This document shows, one piece after another, positions 38,212 to 48,554 of a DNA stretch of 57,946 nucleotides. This DNA is from Candidatus Arcticimaribacter sp. GTDB lineage: Bacteria; Bacteroidota; Bacteroidia; Flavobacteriales; Flavobacteriaceae. A program made the position numbers and the translations under genes. The notes under the pieces were generated by a model. That model saw nothing but the letters and a program-made list of their open reading frames with translations, made no database searches and had not been told where the DNA came from. How positions within the stretch are numbered: position 1 is the first letter of the stretch; every line of letters begins with the position of its first letter. The stretch spans positions 1-57,946 of the forward strand of contig WTJN01000111.1 of NCBI GenBank assembly GCA_011526265.1, written 5' to 3'.

Positions 38212-38733
38212 ATGCACCTACTTCAATATTTGCCTTATCATAGGCGTTCAATCATTTTTTCTTTTTTTATATTTCTTACCATCCTTGTATTTTCAAGTTG
38301 TCAATCTTCTGACGATTTGATGATTGAGAAGGAAAACTTCCAATCATCGCTAATTCTTGACCGGCATGATATTATTGCCAAAGAAGGAGATTCCATTCAT
38401 TTTTCGTTTCAATTATCGCCTGCATTGCCTTTCGACTTGCCGATAGATATTGATTATTCTTCAGCAGTAGGCAAGAGCGGTTCAATGGATGATTTTAAAT
38501 CAACCTGGGTATATCGATCGGGCAATCACTCCCTAGAGCAAAAGTTATTTTCTCCACGCATCCAATTTCCAAAGGGGAATGAAAGCATGCGAATGAGCAT
38601 GAAAATTGAAGTCGACGAATTAGTAGAGGGCACCGAACAACTCTCTCTTTATTTTCGTCCATTGCACCTCAATGGGGTCTTGTTGTACCATCCCCCGTTG
38701 CGTCTTCGCATCATTATTTTAGATCAGAATTGA
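38212..38733 (+). CDS. hypothetical lipoprotein, Calx-beta/Ig-like
   Basis: Lipobox FSSC followed by QSSDD; EGD.. and VDELVEGTEQLSL..IIILD resemble Calx-beta motifs. Confidence 0.55.
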   Translation: MHLLQYLPYHRRSIIFSFFIFLTILVFSSCQSSDDLMIEKENFQSSLILDRHDIIAKEGDSIHFSFQLSPALPFDLPIDIDYSSAVGKSGSMDDFKSTWVYRSGNHSLEQKLFSPRIQFPKGNESMRMSMKIEVDELVEGTEQLSLYFRPLHLNGVLLYHPPLRLRIIILDQN

Positions 38734-38785
38734 TTTTTTGGTTCCCAAAATCAATAAAGTCATATCTTGTGATTTTTATTTCACT

Positions 38786-39235
38786 ATGCGTTATTTTAAA
38801 TCTACCCTGTTCACCTTGTTTAAACTTCCTGCTGCTTGGCTTATGGGAGTTCGTCTTACTCATCTCGACGAGGAATCGGCCATTGCCAGTGTTCGACATC
38901 GATGGATCAATCAAAACCCATTTCAATCCATGTTCTGGGCTGTGCAAGGAATGGCCGCAGAATTCCCCACAGGCATTTTGATTACCTCTGAGATTCGTCG
39001 TCAGAAAAGAGATATTTCCATGTTGGTATTGAACAACAAAGCCAATTTTTCTAAGAAAGCCAAAGGAAGAATTCATTTTACATGTACACAAGGCAAGGAA
39101 GTCAAAGATGCGATTGCATCATTGATCGCTACGAGAAAACCACAAACCATTTGGTTAGATGCGATAGGAAAGGACACGCAGGGAGATGTTGTCTCGTCCT
39201 TCTCTTTTGAGTGGACCTTGTTGTTGCGTGATTAA
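38786..39235 (+). CDS. hotdog-fold thioesterase-like protein (DUF4442/PaaI-like)
   Basis: FKLPAAWLMGVR, NQNPFQSMFWA and FSKKAKGRI; ATG at 38786. Confidence 0.8.
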   Translation: MRYFKSTLFTLFKLPAAWLMGVRLTHLDEESAIASVRHRWINQNPFQSMFWAVQGMAAEFPTGILITSEIRRQKRDISMLVLNNKANFSKKAKGRIHFTCTQGKEVKDAIASLIATRKPQTIWLDAIGKDTQGDVVSSFSFEWTLLLRD

Positions 39236-40320
39236 ATATCCTTGGTCAACAACTTTACAATTCTGTTTTCTGCAAAAAAGGTTTTAAAAATGACCTTCAG
39301 CGCGGTGTAGGTCGGTATAGCAACAATCAATCCAACCGTGCCAAACAATACCCCTGCCGATAGAACAACGATAAAAATCTCCAAAGGGTGAGACTTCACG
39401 GAGGTTGAAAAGATAAGCGGTTGTGAAAAGAAATTATCGACCAGTTGTCCCAAAGTGAAACCAATCATTACATAGATGGTTTTGGGGAGGATGACTGTGC
39501 TAAAATCGGCATCAAGATTTGCCGTCATGGTAAGAACTAGCATCAAAACCCCTCCGATGAGCGGTCCGATGTATGGTATGAGGTTCAACAAGGCACAAAG
39601 CAAAGCGATCACCAGGGCGTTCTGCACTCCGAAAATAAAAAGGACTAAACTATAAATGATCACAAGAATAGAGATTTGTGCCAAAAGGCCAATAAAATAT
39701 CGGGAGAGGAGATTTTTTATTTCTTTGAATGCTTTTGTTAAGCGATTGTGCGCAGAAGGATCAAAGAAGACCAAGACCGATCGCTCGAGTAATTTGGCGT
39801 CTTTGAGAAGAAAGAATGAAATGAACAATATCGAAAATAGGCCGATGGTCAATCCACTAAGCCATCCCAACAGAGTATTCAAAAATTCGGGAATCGCGAC
39901 AAGATTCAACGAGTTCATCAGATTTTGATCCACCATCCATGATTGAATGACTTTTGGGTCTATTTGAAAATAAGCAGTAATTTCTTGGAGAAGTTGATTC
40001 AGTTTTAAGTCCAATTGATTGACATCCAACAATGAAAGGTTTTGTCCTTGCTGGATCACCAAAGGGATGAAAAGGGAAAACAACCCAAAAATAATTAAGA
40101 AGAAAAAACTCATGGTGATGATGACCGCCATGGTGTTTTGTACTTTGAGTCTTTTTTGAAGAAAGCGCATGATCGGTCGACCCATCAGTGAAATGACAGC
40201 GGCGATGAGGCAATAAACGATAAGCGATTGGAGTAAAAATAATCCGTATAGTCCTAAGGCGATAAGACAAAGGTAGACCACGGCACGGGTGATTCCTTGT
40301 GCGATTTCAATGGGTTTCAT
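39232..40320 (-). CDS. AI-2E family transporter
   Basis: Multi-TM protein with NLIPYIGP, QLVDNFFSQP and HPLEIF. Confidence 0.9.
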   Translation of the reverse strand: MKPIEIAQGITRAVVYLCLIALGLYGLFLLQSLIVYCLIAAVISLMGRPIMRFLQKRLKVQNTMAVIITMSFFFLIIFGLFSLFIPLVIQQGQNLSLLDVNQLDLKLNQLLQEITAYFQIDPKVIQSWMVDQNLMNSLNLVAIPEFLNTLLGWLSGLTIGLFSILFISFFLLKDAKLLERSVLVFFDPSAHNRLTKAFKEIKNLLSRYFIGLLAQISILVIIYSLVLFIFGVQNALVIALLCALLNLIPYIGPLIGGVLMLVLTMTANLDADFSTVILPKTIYVMIGFTLGQLVDNFFSQPLIFSTSVKSHPLEIFIVVLSAGVLFGTVGLIVAIPTYTALKVIFKTFFAENRIVKLLTKDI

Positions 40321-40337
40321 GGACTAAATATACGCAA

Positions 40338-41036
40338 TTATTGCCATGCAAGGGCAACGGTACAGCAGGCTGAAATTGCGGCTGTTTCTGTCCTCAATCT
40401 TCGTGATCCTAGATGCACTTCAGTCATCTTTTTTGATTGCGCCAATGCGATTTCACACCTACTAAAATCACCTTCAGGCCCAATGAGAATGGTGTTGCGT
40501 TGTGTTCCCTGGACAAGCGAATGAAGCGGTTTCTTCTCTCCAGCCCCACAATGGGCAATCAACGCATCGGGATGTTGACTGACAAAAGAGTCGAAAGGAG
40601 TCAAAGGGAAAAGTGCAGGAAGATGATATCCCTGACATTGTTTCAAGGCGGCCACCAAAATTTTTTCGAGGCGTTCCATTTTTATTTGTGTTCTTTCCGA
40701 ATGATCGCAGAGTAAAGGGGTAATGTGGGTGATGCCAATTTCAGTGGCTTTCTCCAAAAACCATTCAAAACGTCCGATATTTTTTGTTGGTGCAATGGCC
40801 AGGTGTAATTCGTAGGGGAGTGGTGGCACAATGGAAGAACCAATACGTATGCCTGTTGTCTTTCGAGGGTTCATGTGTTGGAGTTCTATAGTATATTGAA
40901 TTCCTTTTCCGTTGGTAGCGTAGACGCTATCTCCCGAATTTTTTCGCAAAACTTTACACAAATGACGGCTTTCGTCAGGGGAAAATTCGACCACTGCATC
41001 GTGCTTATCCAAGTGAGGAAGATAGAAAAGATCCAT
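40338..41036 (-). CDS. rsmE: 16S rRNA m3U1498 methyltransferase
   Basis: HLCKVLR, EKATEIG, IGPEGDF and LRTETA. Confidence 0.95.
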   Translation of the reverse strand: MDLFYLPHLDKHDAVVEFSPDESRHLCKVLRKNSGDSVYATNGKGIQYTIELQHMNPRKTTGIRIGSSIVPPLPYELHLAIAPTKNIGRFEWFLEKATEIGITHITPLLCDHSERTQIKMERLEKILVAALKQCQGYHLPALFPLTPFDSFVSQHPDALIAHCGAGEKKPLHSLVQGTQRNTILIGPEGDFSRCEIALAQSKKMTEVHLGSRRLRTETAAISACCTVALAWQ

Positions 41037-42061
41037 TAGTTGATGGGAAGTCTTGCAGTAGCTGCTTGTTTTAATGAAGCATACTCTTGTGCTTTGAATT
41101 TATAATACCCGACAATGCCAATCATGGCAGCGTTGTCGGTTGTAAAAGCCATGGGGGGCAGGTGGATTTTCCATTGATGCGCCTCTCCCAACTGCTCCAT
41201 GCGTTGACGTAATCCAGAGTTGGCTGCAACGCCTCCGCCCAAAGCAATCTCTTTGATGCCGGTTTCATGAACAGCCTGAACGATTTTATCACTGATGATG
41301 TCAATTAGGGTGTGTTGAATGGAGGCACAAAGATCTTCGCGGTTATCTTCAATGAAGGCTGGATGCTTTTGTTGCTGGTTGTGTAAAAAGTTAATCACCG
41401 CTGTTTTAAAACCGCTAAAACTCATATTGAGTCCTGCTACTTTTGGACGAGGGAAATCAAAAGCATGTTTGTTCCCGCTTTTTGCATAGCGATCAATGAC
41501 TGGTCCAGCGGGGTACCCCAGACCCATTATTTTTCCACATTTGTCGAAGGCTTCGCCAATGGCATCGTCTAAAGTTGCTCCCAACTCTTGCATCGAGAAA
41601 ACATCATCGACGCGAACAATCTGCGTGTGGCCGCCAGAAACCGTCACACCTAGAAAAGGAAACTGGGGTTGGGGAAATTCATCCTCGATAAAATGACTCA
41701 ATAGGTGCCCTTGGAGATGATTTACTTCAAGCAATGGAATATTCAGTCCCATGCTGAGTGACTTTGCAAATGAGGCACCAACAAGTAACGACCCCAATAA
41801 GCCCGGCCCACGGGTGTAGGCTATCGCAGAAAGATCATTTTTTGAAATTCCCGCTTTTTTGAGCGCTTGGTCAACGACAGGGACAATATTTTGCTGATGG
41901 GCTCGAGATGCGAGTTCTGGAACCACCCCACCATAAGCAGCATGAATGTGTTGATTGGCAATGACGTTCGAACAAACTTTTTGGTGATTCAAGACCGCTG
42001 CGGCTGTATCATCACAAGAAGATTCTATGGCCAAAATGTAGCATGGTTTTTGTTCGTTCAT
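41036..42061 (-). CDS. tsaD: tRNA t6A37 threonylcarbamoyltransferase
   Basis: IESSCDDT, GGVVPELASRAH, NHLQGH, SGGHT, DDAIGEAFDK and TDNAAMI. Confidence 0.97.
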   Translation of the reverse strand: MNEQKPCYILAIESSCDDTAAAVLNHQKVCSNVIANQHIHAAYGGVVPELASRAHQQNIVPVVDQALKKAGISKNDLSAIAYTRGPGLLGSLLVGASFAKSLSMGLNIPLLEVNHLQGHLLSHFIEDEFPQPQFPFLGVTVSGGHTQIVRVDDVFSMQELGATLDDAIGEAFDKCGKIMGLGYPAGPVIDRYAKSGNKHAFDFPRPKVAGLNMSFSGFKTAVINFLHNQQQKHPAFIEDNREDLCASIQHTLIDIISDKIVQAVHETGIKEIALGGGVAANSGLRQRMEQLGEAHQWKIHLPPMAFTTDNAAMIGIVGYYKFKAQEYASLKQAATARLPIN

Positions 42062-45000
42062 TTCGTACCTTTATAGCTGCAAAAATACGCTTTCTTATCA
42101 AGAATTACCGCATCATATTGTCAGGGATTTTCGCCCTATTTGTACTCGCCTCTTTGGCGGTAGGCATGTTCTTTTGGTCCCCCAAGTTTCAAAATCAATT
42201 GGTTGAACGCATCACCAACCGATTGAATGCTACCTTGGAGACTTCTGTTCGTTTTTCCAAGGCAGCTGTCGATTTTCGCGGAAATATCCTTTTAGATGAT
42301 TTGTTGGTGAGTGATCATCACAATGATAGTTTGTTGTATGCACAAAGAGTACGGGTCGATTTGGATGAATTCAATCGTGTGTTAGGCGATGATTTTACTT
42401 TTGGAGAAATCATTGTTGAGCACCCTCGGATTAAAATTAAAACTTATGTGGGGGAAGAAGATTCCAACTTGGATATCTTTTTTAAAAAAATCCGCGCGAA
42501 TAAAAAAGACAGAACTCCTGTCGAAATAACCATTGATAACAGTAGAATTATTGATGGATACTTGTCGTTCGAGCAAGGAAAGCAGCGAAACAAAGTTGAT
42601 TTAAAAAACATCAACGCGGTATTGTCTGATTTTTATTCAGCAGAAAAAACCCTCCGGCTAAATTTGGATCAAGGGACTATCCAACCAGAAGGCCTTGATG
42701 AGGTCATTGAGTTTCGTCTGTCGCTCGAGAAAAATGATCAATGGAAAATAGAGAATCTTCAGCTCAATTATTTGTCGTCAACGCTCAAGGGATCAGGTGT
42801 TTTTTCGCCAAAAGAGAAGGGTTTCCTAAAAGAAGCGACACTAACAGGTGATGTATTCCTTGCTGAATTCCCGGGCTTCAAAACTGTTTTCAATACAACA
42901 CCCCTTTCTGTCGAATGGGAGGCCAAACAGTTGGACAGTCTACTTCTGGGTTCAGTTTTAATAAAAAGTAAGCAAACGGGTTTTCTCCTGTTACCGTTTT
43001 CTATTCCCTATATAGAATCGAGTAGCCGCTACCTTGATTTCGAGGATATCAAATTTCAACTTTCCTATCAAGAAGCCCAAGCAATCTTTCATCCTTCCAT
43101 CATGCGCAAGGATGAAATTCTACATTTGGGGGGACAATCCCTTCAGGGAAGCGCGAACGTTTATTATGCCAACAATCAGGTTAATGGCGATATCTCTCTA
43201 TCGCTTGATCAAGGTACTGTCGGGTCGCAATTCATTCTTAAAAAGCAAGAAAAGGCATGGGATTTGTCTCAAAAATTTGAATTGTTGGCCGTTAATTCTG
43301 GAGGTTTCTTGGGTAAAAACCAACTTGTTATTGATGATGCGAAAGGTGAGTTGCAGGCCATGATTCAGAAAGAAAAGGTTACGCTTCAAAATCTCGAGGC
43401 TGAGGTCAAGTCTTTTCAATTCAATGATCATTCTTTCGCTAATACTGCACTTACATTGATCAATAAAAATAATCAATACCTAGGTTCTTTAGAGGTCAAC
43501 GACGATAAGCTTATGGGGAAGTTGCACTTTACGCGCACCCTGGGATCACAACCCATCACAGAAATAGAAGGTGATTTTGATCGCTTAGCACTTTCTAAAC
43601 TTGGAATAACCCCCAAAGCCGCTGCGGTAGATTTATCTGCAGGACTTCAAGCGAGTATAGATGCTCGAGGCCCAAGGGAAATCACGTTGGCAGATATTAC
43701 TTTTAAGAATCTTCATGAGGAAATCACCTTTGACGATGTGATTTTCTCCTTTTCGAATTTGGGGACACAGAAAAAAATTACACAATTTCATTCCGATGCT
43801 TTTCAGTTTGAAATGGCGGGGGAATTTGCCTATGTAGAAGTCGTTCCGCTAGTCCGTAAGGTAGCACAGGAAGCTTTGGTCATGCAGCAATCAAATGAGG
43901 ATAAACCAGCCTATTTTGCTTTTGACATGTCGATCAATCAAGACCTACTTCTGGCTTTGTATCCCGACTTGATTACACCAGAAGACATTGAGCTTCACGG
44001 TGCTTTTTTTGGAGAGCGGGGACGATCAAATTTTTCACTGGCTTGGCCATATTTCTCTATTGACGGAGTAGAATTTCAAGGACTTGAGCTCTCTGCAGAC
44101 ATGAAAAAGAAAAACAACGGGATGGTGTTTTCTGCAGCGACCATACGAAAGGATAATCGGTCTATCAACGATTTGGTATTGAATGTTGATCAAGCCTCTG
44201 AATCCTTATCAGGCGAACTGTCTGGACGTTTTGATTCCACGACAGATGACGGTTTTTACCTCCAGTTTAATCATTTTTTCCGCTCGAAGCAAAGTCATTT
44301 GGTCTTGGATGAAATTATGTTTCAATGGGGCGATAACCTTTGGAAACAAGCATCCGACAAAGCTGCTGAAGCGGTTTATCTTTTCGATCAGAAGCGTTGG
44401 AAATTTGATCAATGGAAAATGCAATCGGGGCAACAATTATTGGCATTTGAGGGGGAATTTAAAAATCCAACCAATTTTGATGTCTTGCTCGAAACCAAAG
44501 ATGTTCTCCTCGAAAAAGTTCTCCCAGTAAATGATAAATTCACAATAGCTGGTGCCTTAAACACGAATTTACAAATCACCCGGAACCTTGAAGAGCAATC
44601 CTTTTCAGGAGCTGTTGAAATTGGGGATTTGATTTTAAATAAAGTCACCATGGGTGATTTTGAATTAGCAGTCAGTGGAAGCCCTGAAATTAAAACCTAT
44701 CAATTGACAACCCAGTTAAATTTGGACGGTAAAAATCAATTTATGGGGAAAGGAACGGTGTATGTTTCCAATCAATTGCCCAATCTGGACATCGATTTGG
44801 CGCTGAATGATTTTGACCTCTCCTTTTTATCTGCATTAGGAAAGGACAAGATGACCGATGTAACGGGCTATCTATCCACCGACCTCAATTTATGGGGACC
44901 TTTAAATGATATGAAACTCAACGGTCAGGGAGTCGTAAATAACGGGGGGTTTTATTTCCCCAGTATCAATGTTCGCTATGCTTTTGACGACAATACTCCT

Positions 45001-46452
45001 ATCACCTTTAGAGATCAACAATTCTTATTGGATCGCGCTTCATTTGCAGATGCAAAGTCGGGAACAAAAGCCCAAGTTACAGGAGAAATGCAGCACACCA
45101 ACTTCAATGCATGGACATTGAACCTCGAGGTTTCCTCCGACCGCTTGTTGGTATATGACAAACCTCAAAACCCCGAGGCTTTGTTTTATGGTCAAGGATT
45201 TTTAGATGGGAAAGCTCTTTTTAAAGGACCGACCAAAGCATTGACCCTGACTGTTAATGGGCGAACATCTGAGGGAACGACAATGACAATTCCTTGGAAA
45301 GAAGACAAAGGAATATCGGACACTTCATTTATAGACTTTATTGCAAAAGGGTCTGTCTTGAAAGAGCAGGTTACGACAAACATTTCTGCAGATGACGAGG
45401 CTTTTCGTGGATTTGAAATGATTTTTGATTTAGATGTTGATAACAACGCGCTTTTGGAGATTGTTGTGGACCAAACCTCTGGAAGTACTTTGGGTGGACG
45501 AGGGGCTGGTAACTTGCTCATCGAATCAAATTTGGACGGTAAATTCAATATTTGGGGAGATTTTATCACCGCTGATGGAGTTTATAATTTTAAAAATTTA
45601 AGCTTGATCGATAAAAAGTTTCAAGTACAACCGGGAGGAACCATTGTTTGGGACGGAGATCCTCTCGATGCTCAGCTAAATATAGAGGCCGTTTATCAAG
45701 TCCCTGGTGGTGCGAATCCGGCTTTGCTTGTAGATAACCCTAATTTTAATCGAAAAATACCGACCAATGTAACCATACAATTGGCTGGGAATCTTTTAAA
45801 ACCCGATGACCCTATTTTTGATATTTCTTTCCCCAATACTACTGGCGTGGCTGTGGCAGAAATCAATTATCGATTGGCGGATCAACAGCGCCGGCAATTG
45901 CAGGCAATTTCCTTGCTCTCACAAGGACTATTCATCAGTGAGGTTTCTGTTTCCTTACAAGGAATTACCAATAATCTCTATGAAAAAGCTTCGGATGTTT
46001 TTAGCTCTATTTTGGGCACCAACGAAGGAAAGCTCAATGTGGGGGTAAATTATTTGCAAGGAGAAGAAAACAATGTTCTTGATGTGCAAACCGAAGACCG
46101 GATAGGACTTTCATTGAGCACACAAATCAGTGATAAAATTCTAATAAACGGAAAAATTGGTGTACCCATCGACGGGGTAGAGGAATCCGTTATTGTTGGG
46201 GATGTTCAAATTGATTTTATTCTCAATGATAGTGGTACCCTACGGGCCAAAGTGTTCAATCGCGAAAATGATTTCAGATATTTAGGCGACGAATTTGGTT
46301 ATACACAAGGCATGGGAATGACCTATCAAGTTGATTTTGATACATTCCAACAACTTTTGCGAAAAATCAGTAAAAATGCCAAAGCTTCCTCAGTGAATAC
46401 GGCAAACCGTTTGCCAATTGAACAAGGAGAAACGAGGAATGAAGACGACTGA
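42043..46452 (+). CDS. tamB: translocation/assembly module TamB (AsmA-like); true start uncertain
   Basis: N-terminal TM anchor, long beta-rich body and a C-terminal DUF490-like region (GGTIVWDGDPLDAQLNIEAVY). Confidence 0.85.
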   Translation: MVFVRSFRTFIAAKIRFLIKNYRIILSGIFALFVLASLAVGMFFWSPKFQNQLVERITNRLNATLETSVRFSKAAVDFRGNILLDDLLVSDHHNDSLLYAQRVRVDLDEFNRVLGDDFTFGEIIVEHPRIKIKTYVGEEDSNLDIFFKKIRANKKDRTPVEITIDNSRIIDGYLSFEQGKQRNKVDLKNINAVLSDFYSAEKTLRLNLDQGTIQPEGLDEVIEFRLSLEKNDQWKIENLQLNYLSSTLKGSGVFSPKEKGFLKEATLTGDVFLAEFPGFKTVFNTTPLSVEWEAKQLDSLLLGSVLIKSKQTGFLLLPFSIPYIESSSRYLDFEDIKFQLSYQEAQAIFHPSIMRKDEILHLGGQSLQGSANVYYANNQVNGDISLSLDQGTVGSQFILKKQEKAWDLSQKFELLAVNSGGFLGKNQLVIDDAKGELQAMIQKEKVTLQNLEAEVKSFQFNDHSFANTALTLINKNNQYLGSLEVNDDKLMGKLHFTRTLGSQPITEIEGDFDRLALSKLGITPKAAAVDLSAGLQASIDARGPREITLADITFKNLHEEITFDDVIFSFSNLGTQKKITQFHSDAFQFEMAGEFAYVEVVPLVRKVAQEALVMQQSNEDKPAYFAFDMSINQDLLLALYPDLITPEDIELHGAFFGERGRSNFSLAWPYFSIDGVEFQGLELSADMKKKNNGMVFSAATIRKDNRSINDLVLNVDQASESLSGELSGRFDSTTDDGFYLQFNHFFRSKQSHLVLDEIMFQWGDNLWKQASDKAAEAVYLFDQKRWKFDQWKMQSGQQLLAFEGEFKNPTNFDVLLETKDVLLEKVLPVNDKFTIAGALNTNLQITRNLEEQSFSGAVEIGDLILNKVTMGDFELAVSGSPEIKTYQLTTQLNLDGKNQFMGKGTVYVSNQLPNLDIDLALNDFDLSFLSALGKDKMTDVTGYLSTDLNLWGPLNDMKLNGQGVVNNGGFYFPSINVRYAFDDNTPITFRDQQFLLDRASFADAKSGTKAQVTGEMQHTNFNAWTLNLEVSSDRLLVYDKPQNPEALFYGQGFLDGKALFKGPTKALTLTVNGRTSEGTTMTIPWKEDKGISDTSFIDFIAKGSVLKEQVTTNISADDEAFRGFEMIFDLDVDNNALLEIVVDQTSGSTLGGRGAGNLLIESNLDGKFNIWGDFITADGVYNFKNLSLIDKKFQVQPGGTIVWDGDPLDAQLNIEAVYQVPGGANPALLVDNPNFNRKIPTNVTIQLAGNLLKPDDPIFDISFPNTTGVAVAEINYRLADQQRRQLQAISLLSQGLFISEVSVSLQGITNNLYEKASDVFSSILGTNEGKLNVGVNYLQGEENNVLDVQTEDRIGLSLSTQISDKILINGKIGVPIDGVEESVIVGDVQIDFILNDSGTLRAKVFNRENDFRYLGDEFGYTQGMGMTYQVDFDTFQQLLRKISKNAKASSVNTANRLPIEQGETRNEDD
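42080..42087 (-). promoter_or_regulatory. -7 promoter element for tsaD-rsmE
   Basis: TATTTTTG on the minus strand, 18 nt upstream of the tsaD ATG. Confidence 0.55.
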
Positions 46453-46517
46453 AAACGTTGTCGTTTTTATGCATGATAATTTTTTAAAGTCTATTGGTGA
46501 CATGACCGAGAGATTCG

Positions 46518-46525
46518 TACATTTG
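46518..46525 (+). promoter_or_regulatory. -7 promoter element for pfkA
   Basis: TACATTTG, 5 nt before the pfkA ATG. Confidence 0.6.
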
Positions 46526-46530
46526 GAGCT

Positions 46531-47517
46531 ATGCCAAATGAAATTAAAAAAGTAGCAGTATTGACCTCTGGAGGCGATGCCCCCGGGATGAATGCTGCAG
46601 TGAGAGCCGTTGTGAGAGCGAGCTGTTACCATCAGCTAGAGTGTTTTGGTGTATTTCAGGGCTATCAGGGCTTGATCGAAAATAAAATTGAACCTTTCTC
46701 AGCACGAAGCGTTAACAATATTGTCAATAAAGGAGGCACCATCCTCAAGTCTGCCCGTTCCTTAGAATTTAGAACACCGGAAGGAAGAAAAAAAGCCCAT
46801 AAAAACCTACTTGCCCTTTCCATTGATGCGCTTGTAGTCATCGGTGGGGATGGCTCTTTTACGGGAGCAATGATCTTTCAGAGCGAGTTCGATTTCCCAG
46901 TGATAGGGATTCCAGGAACAATCGACAACGATATTTATGGTACACAATACACCTTAGGGTATGACACAGCGATTAATACTGTCGTTGAGGTGATCGATAA
47001 AATTCGCGACACTGCGAGTTCACACAATCGCTTGTTTTTTGTCGAAGTCATGGGGCGAGATGCAGGGCATATTGCCTTAAATTCTGGGATTGGTGCAGGA
47101 GCTGAAGAAATTCTAATCCCTGAAGAAAACCGTGGGTTAGAACAATTACTTGAATCGCTTAAACGCAGTGAAAAATCAGGAAAATCATCCAGCATTGTAG
47201 TGGTCGCCGAGGGCGATAAAACAGGGGATAATGTATTTGAACTCGCTGCCTATGTAGAAAAGAATCTTCCCTACTACGAGGTACGCGTTTCGGTTCTCGG
47301 GCACATGCAAAGGGGAGGATCACCCAGCTGTTTTGACCGTGTTTTGGCATCGAGAATGGGCATTCACGCCGTAGAATCACTGCTCGATGGAAAATCCAAT
47401 GTCATGGTCGGAGTAATTAATGACAAAATGCAATTGACCCCTTTGGATCAAGCCATAAAAGGAGAGTCTGCCATCAACAAAGAATTACTAAGAGTAACAG
47501 ATATTTTATCAATATAA
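46531..47517 (+). CDS. pfkA: ATP-dependent 6-phosphofructokinase
   Basis: TSGGDAPGMN, GGDGS, PGTIDND, EVMGR and GHMQRGG. Confidence 0.97.
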   Translation: MPNEIKKVAVLTSGGDAPGMNAAVRAVVRASCYHQLECFGVFQGYQGLIENKIEPFSARSVNNIVNKGGTILKSARSLEFRTPEGRKKAHKNLLALSIDALVVIGGDGSFTGAMIFQSEFDFPVIGIPGTIDNDIYGTQYTLGYDTAINTVVEVIDKIRDTASSHNRLFFVEVMGRDAGHIALNSGIGAGAEEILIPEENRGLEQLLESLKRSEKSGKSSSIVVVAEGDKTGDNVFELAAYVEKNLPYYEVRVSVLGHMQRGGSPSCFDRVLASRMGIHAVESLLDGKSNVMVGVINDKMQLTPLDQAIKGESAINKELLRVTDILSI

Positions 47518-47547
47518 ATAAACATCAATTCAATCAAATTAAATTAA

Positions 47548-48552
<1,005 letters not shown>

Positions 48553-48554
48553 AC

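Noticed and set aside
31386-38733. Prophage or integrative element at tRNA-Arg
   Set aside because: No integrase, transposase or phage gene, and no repeat of the tRNA 3' end found by eye.
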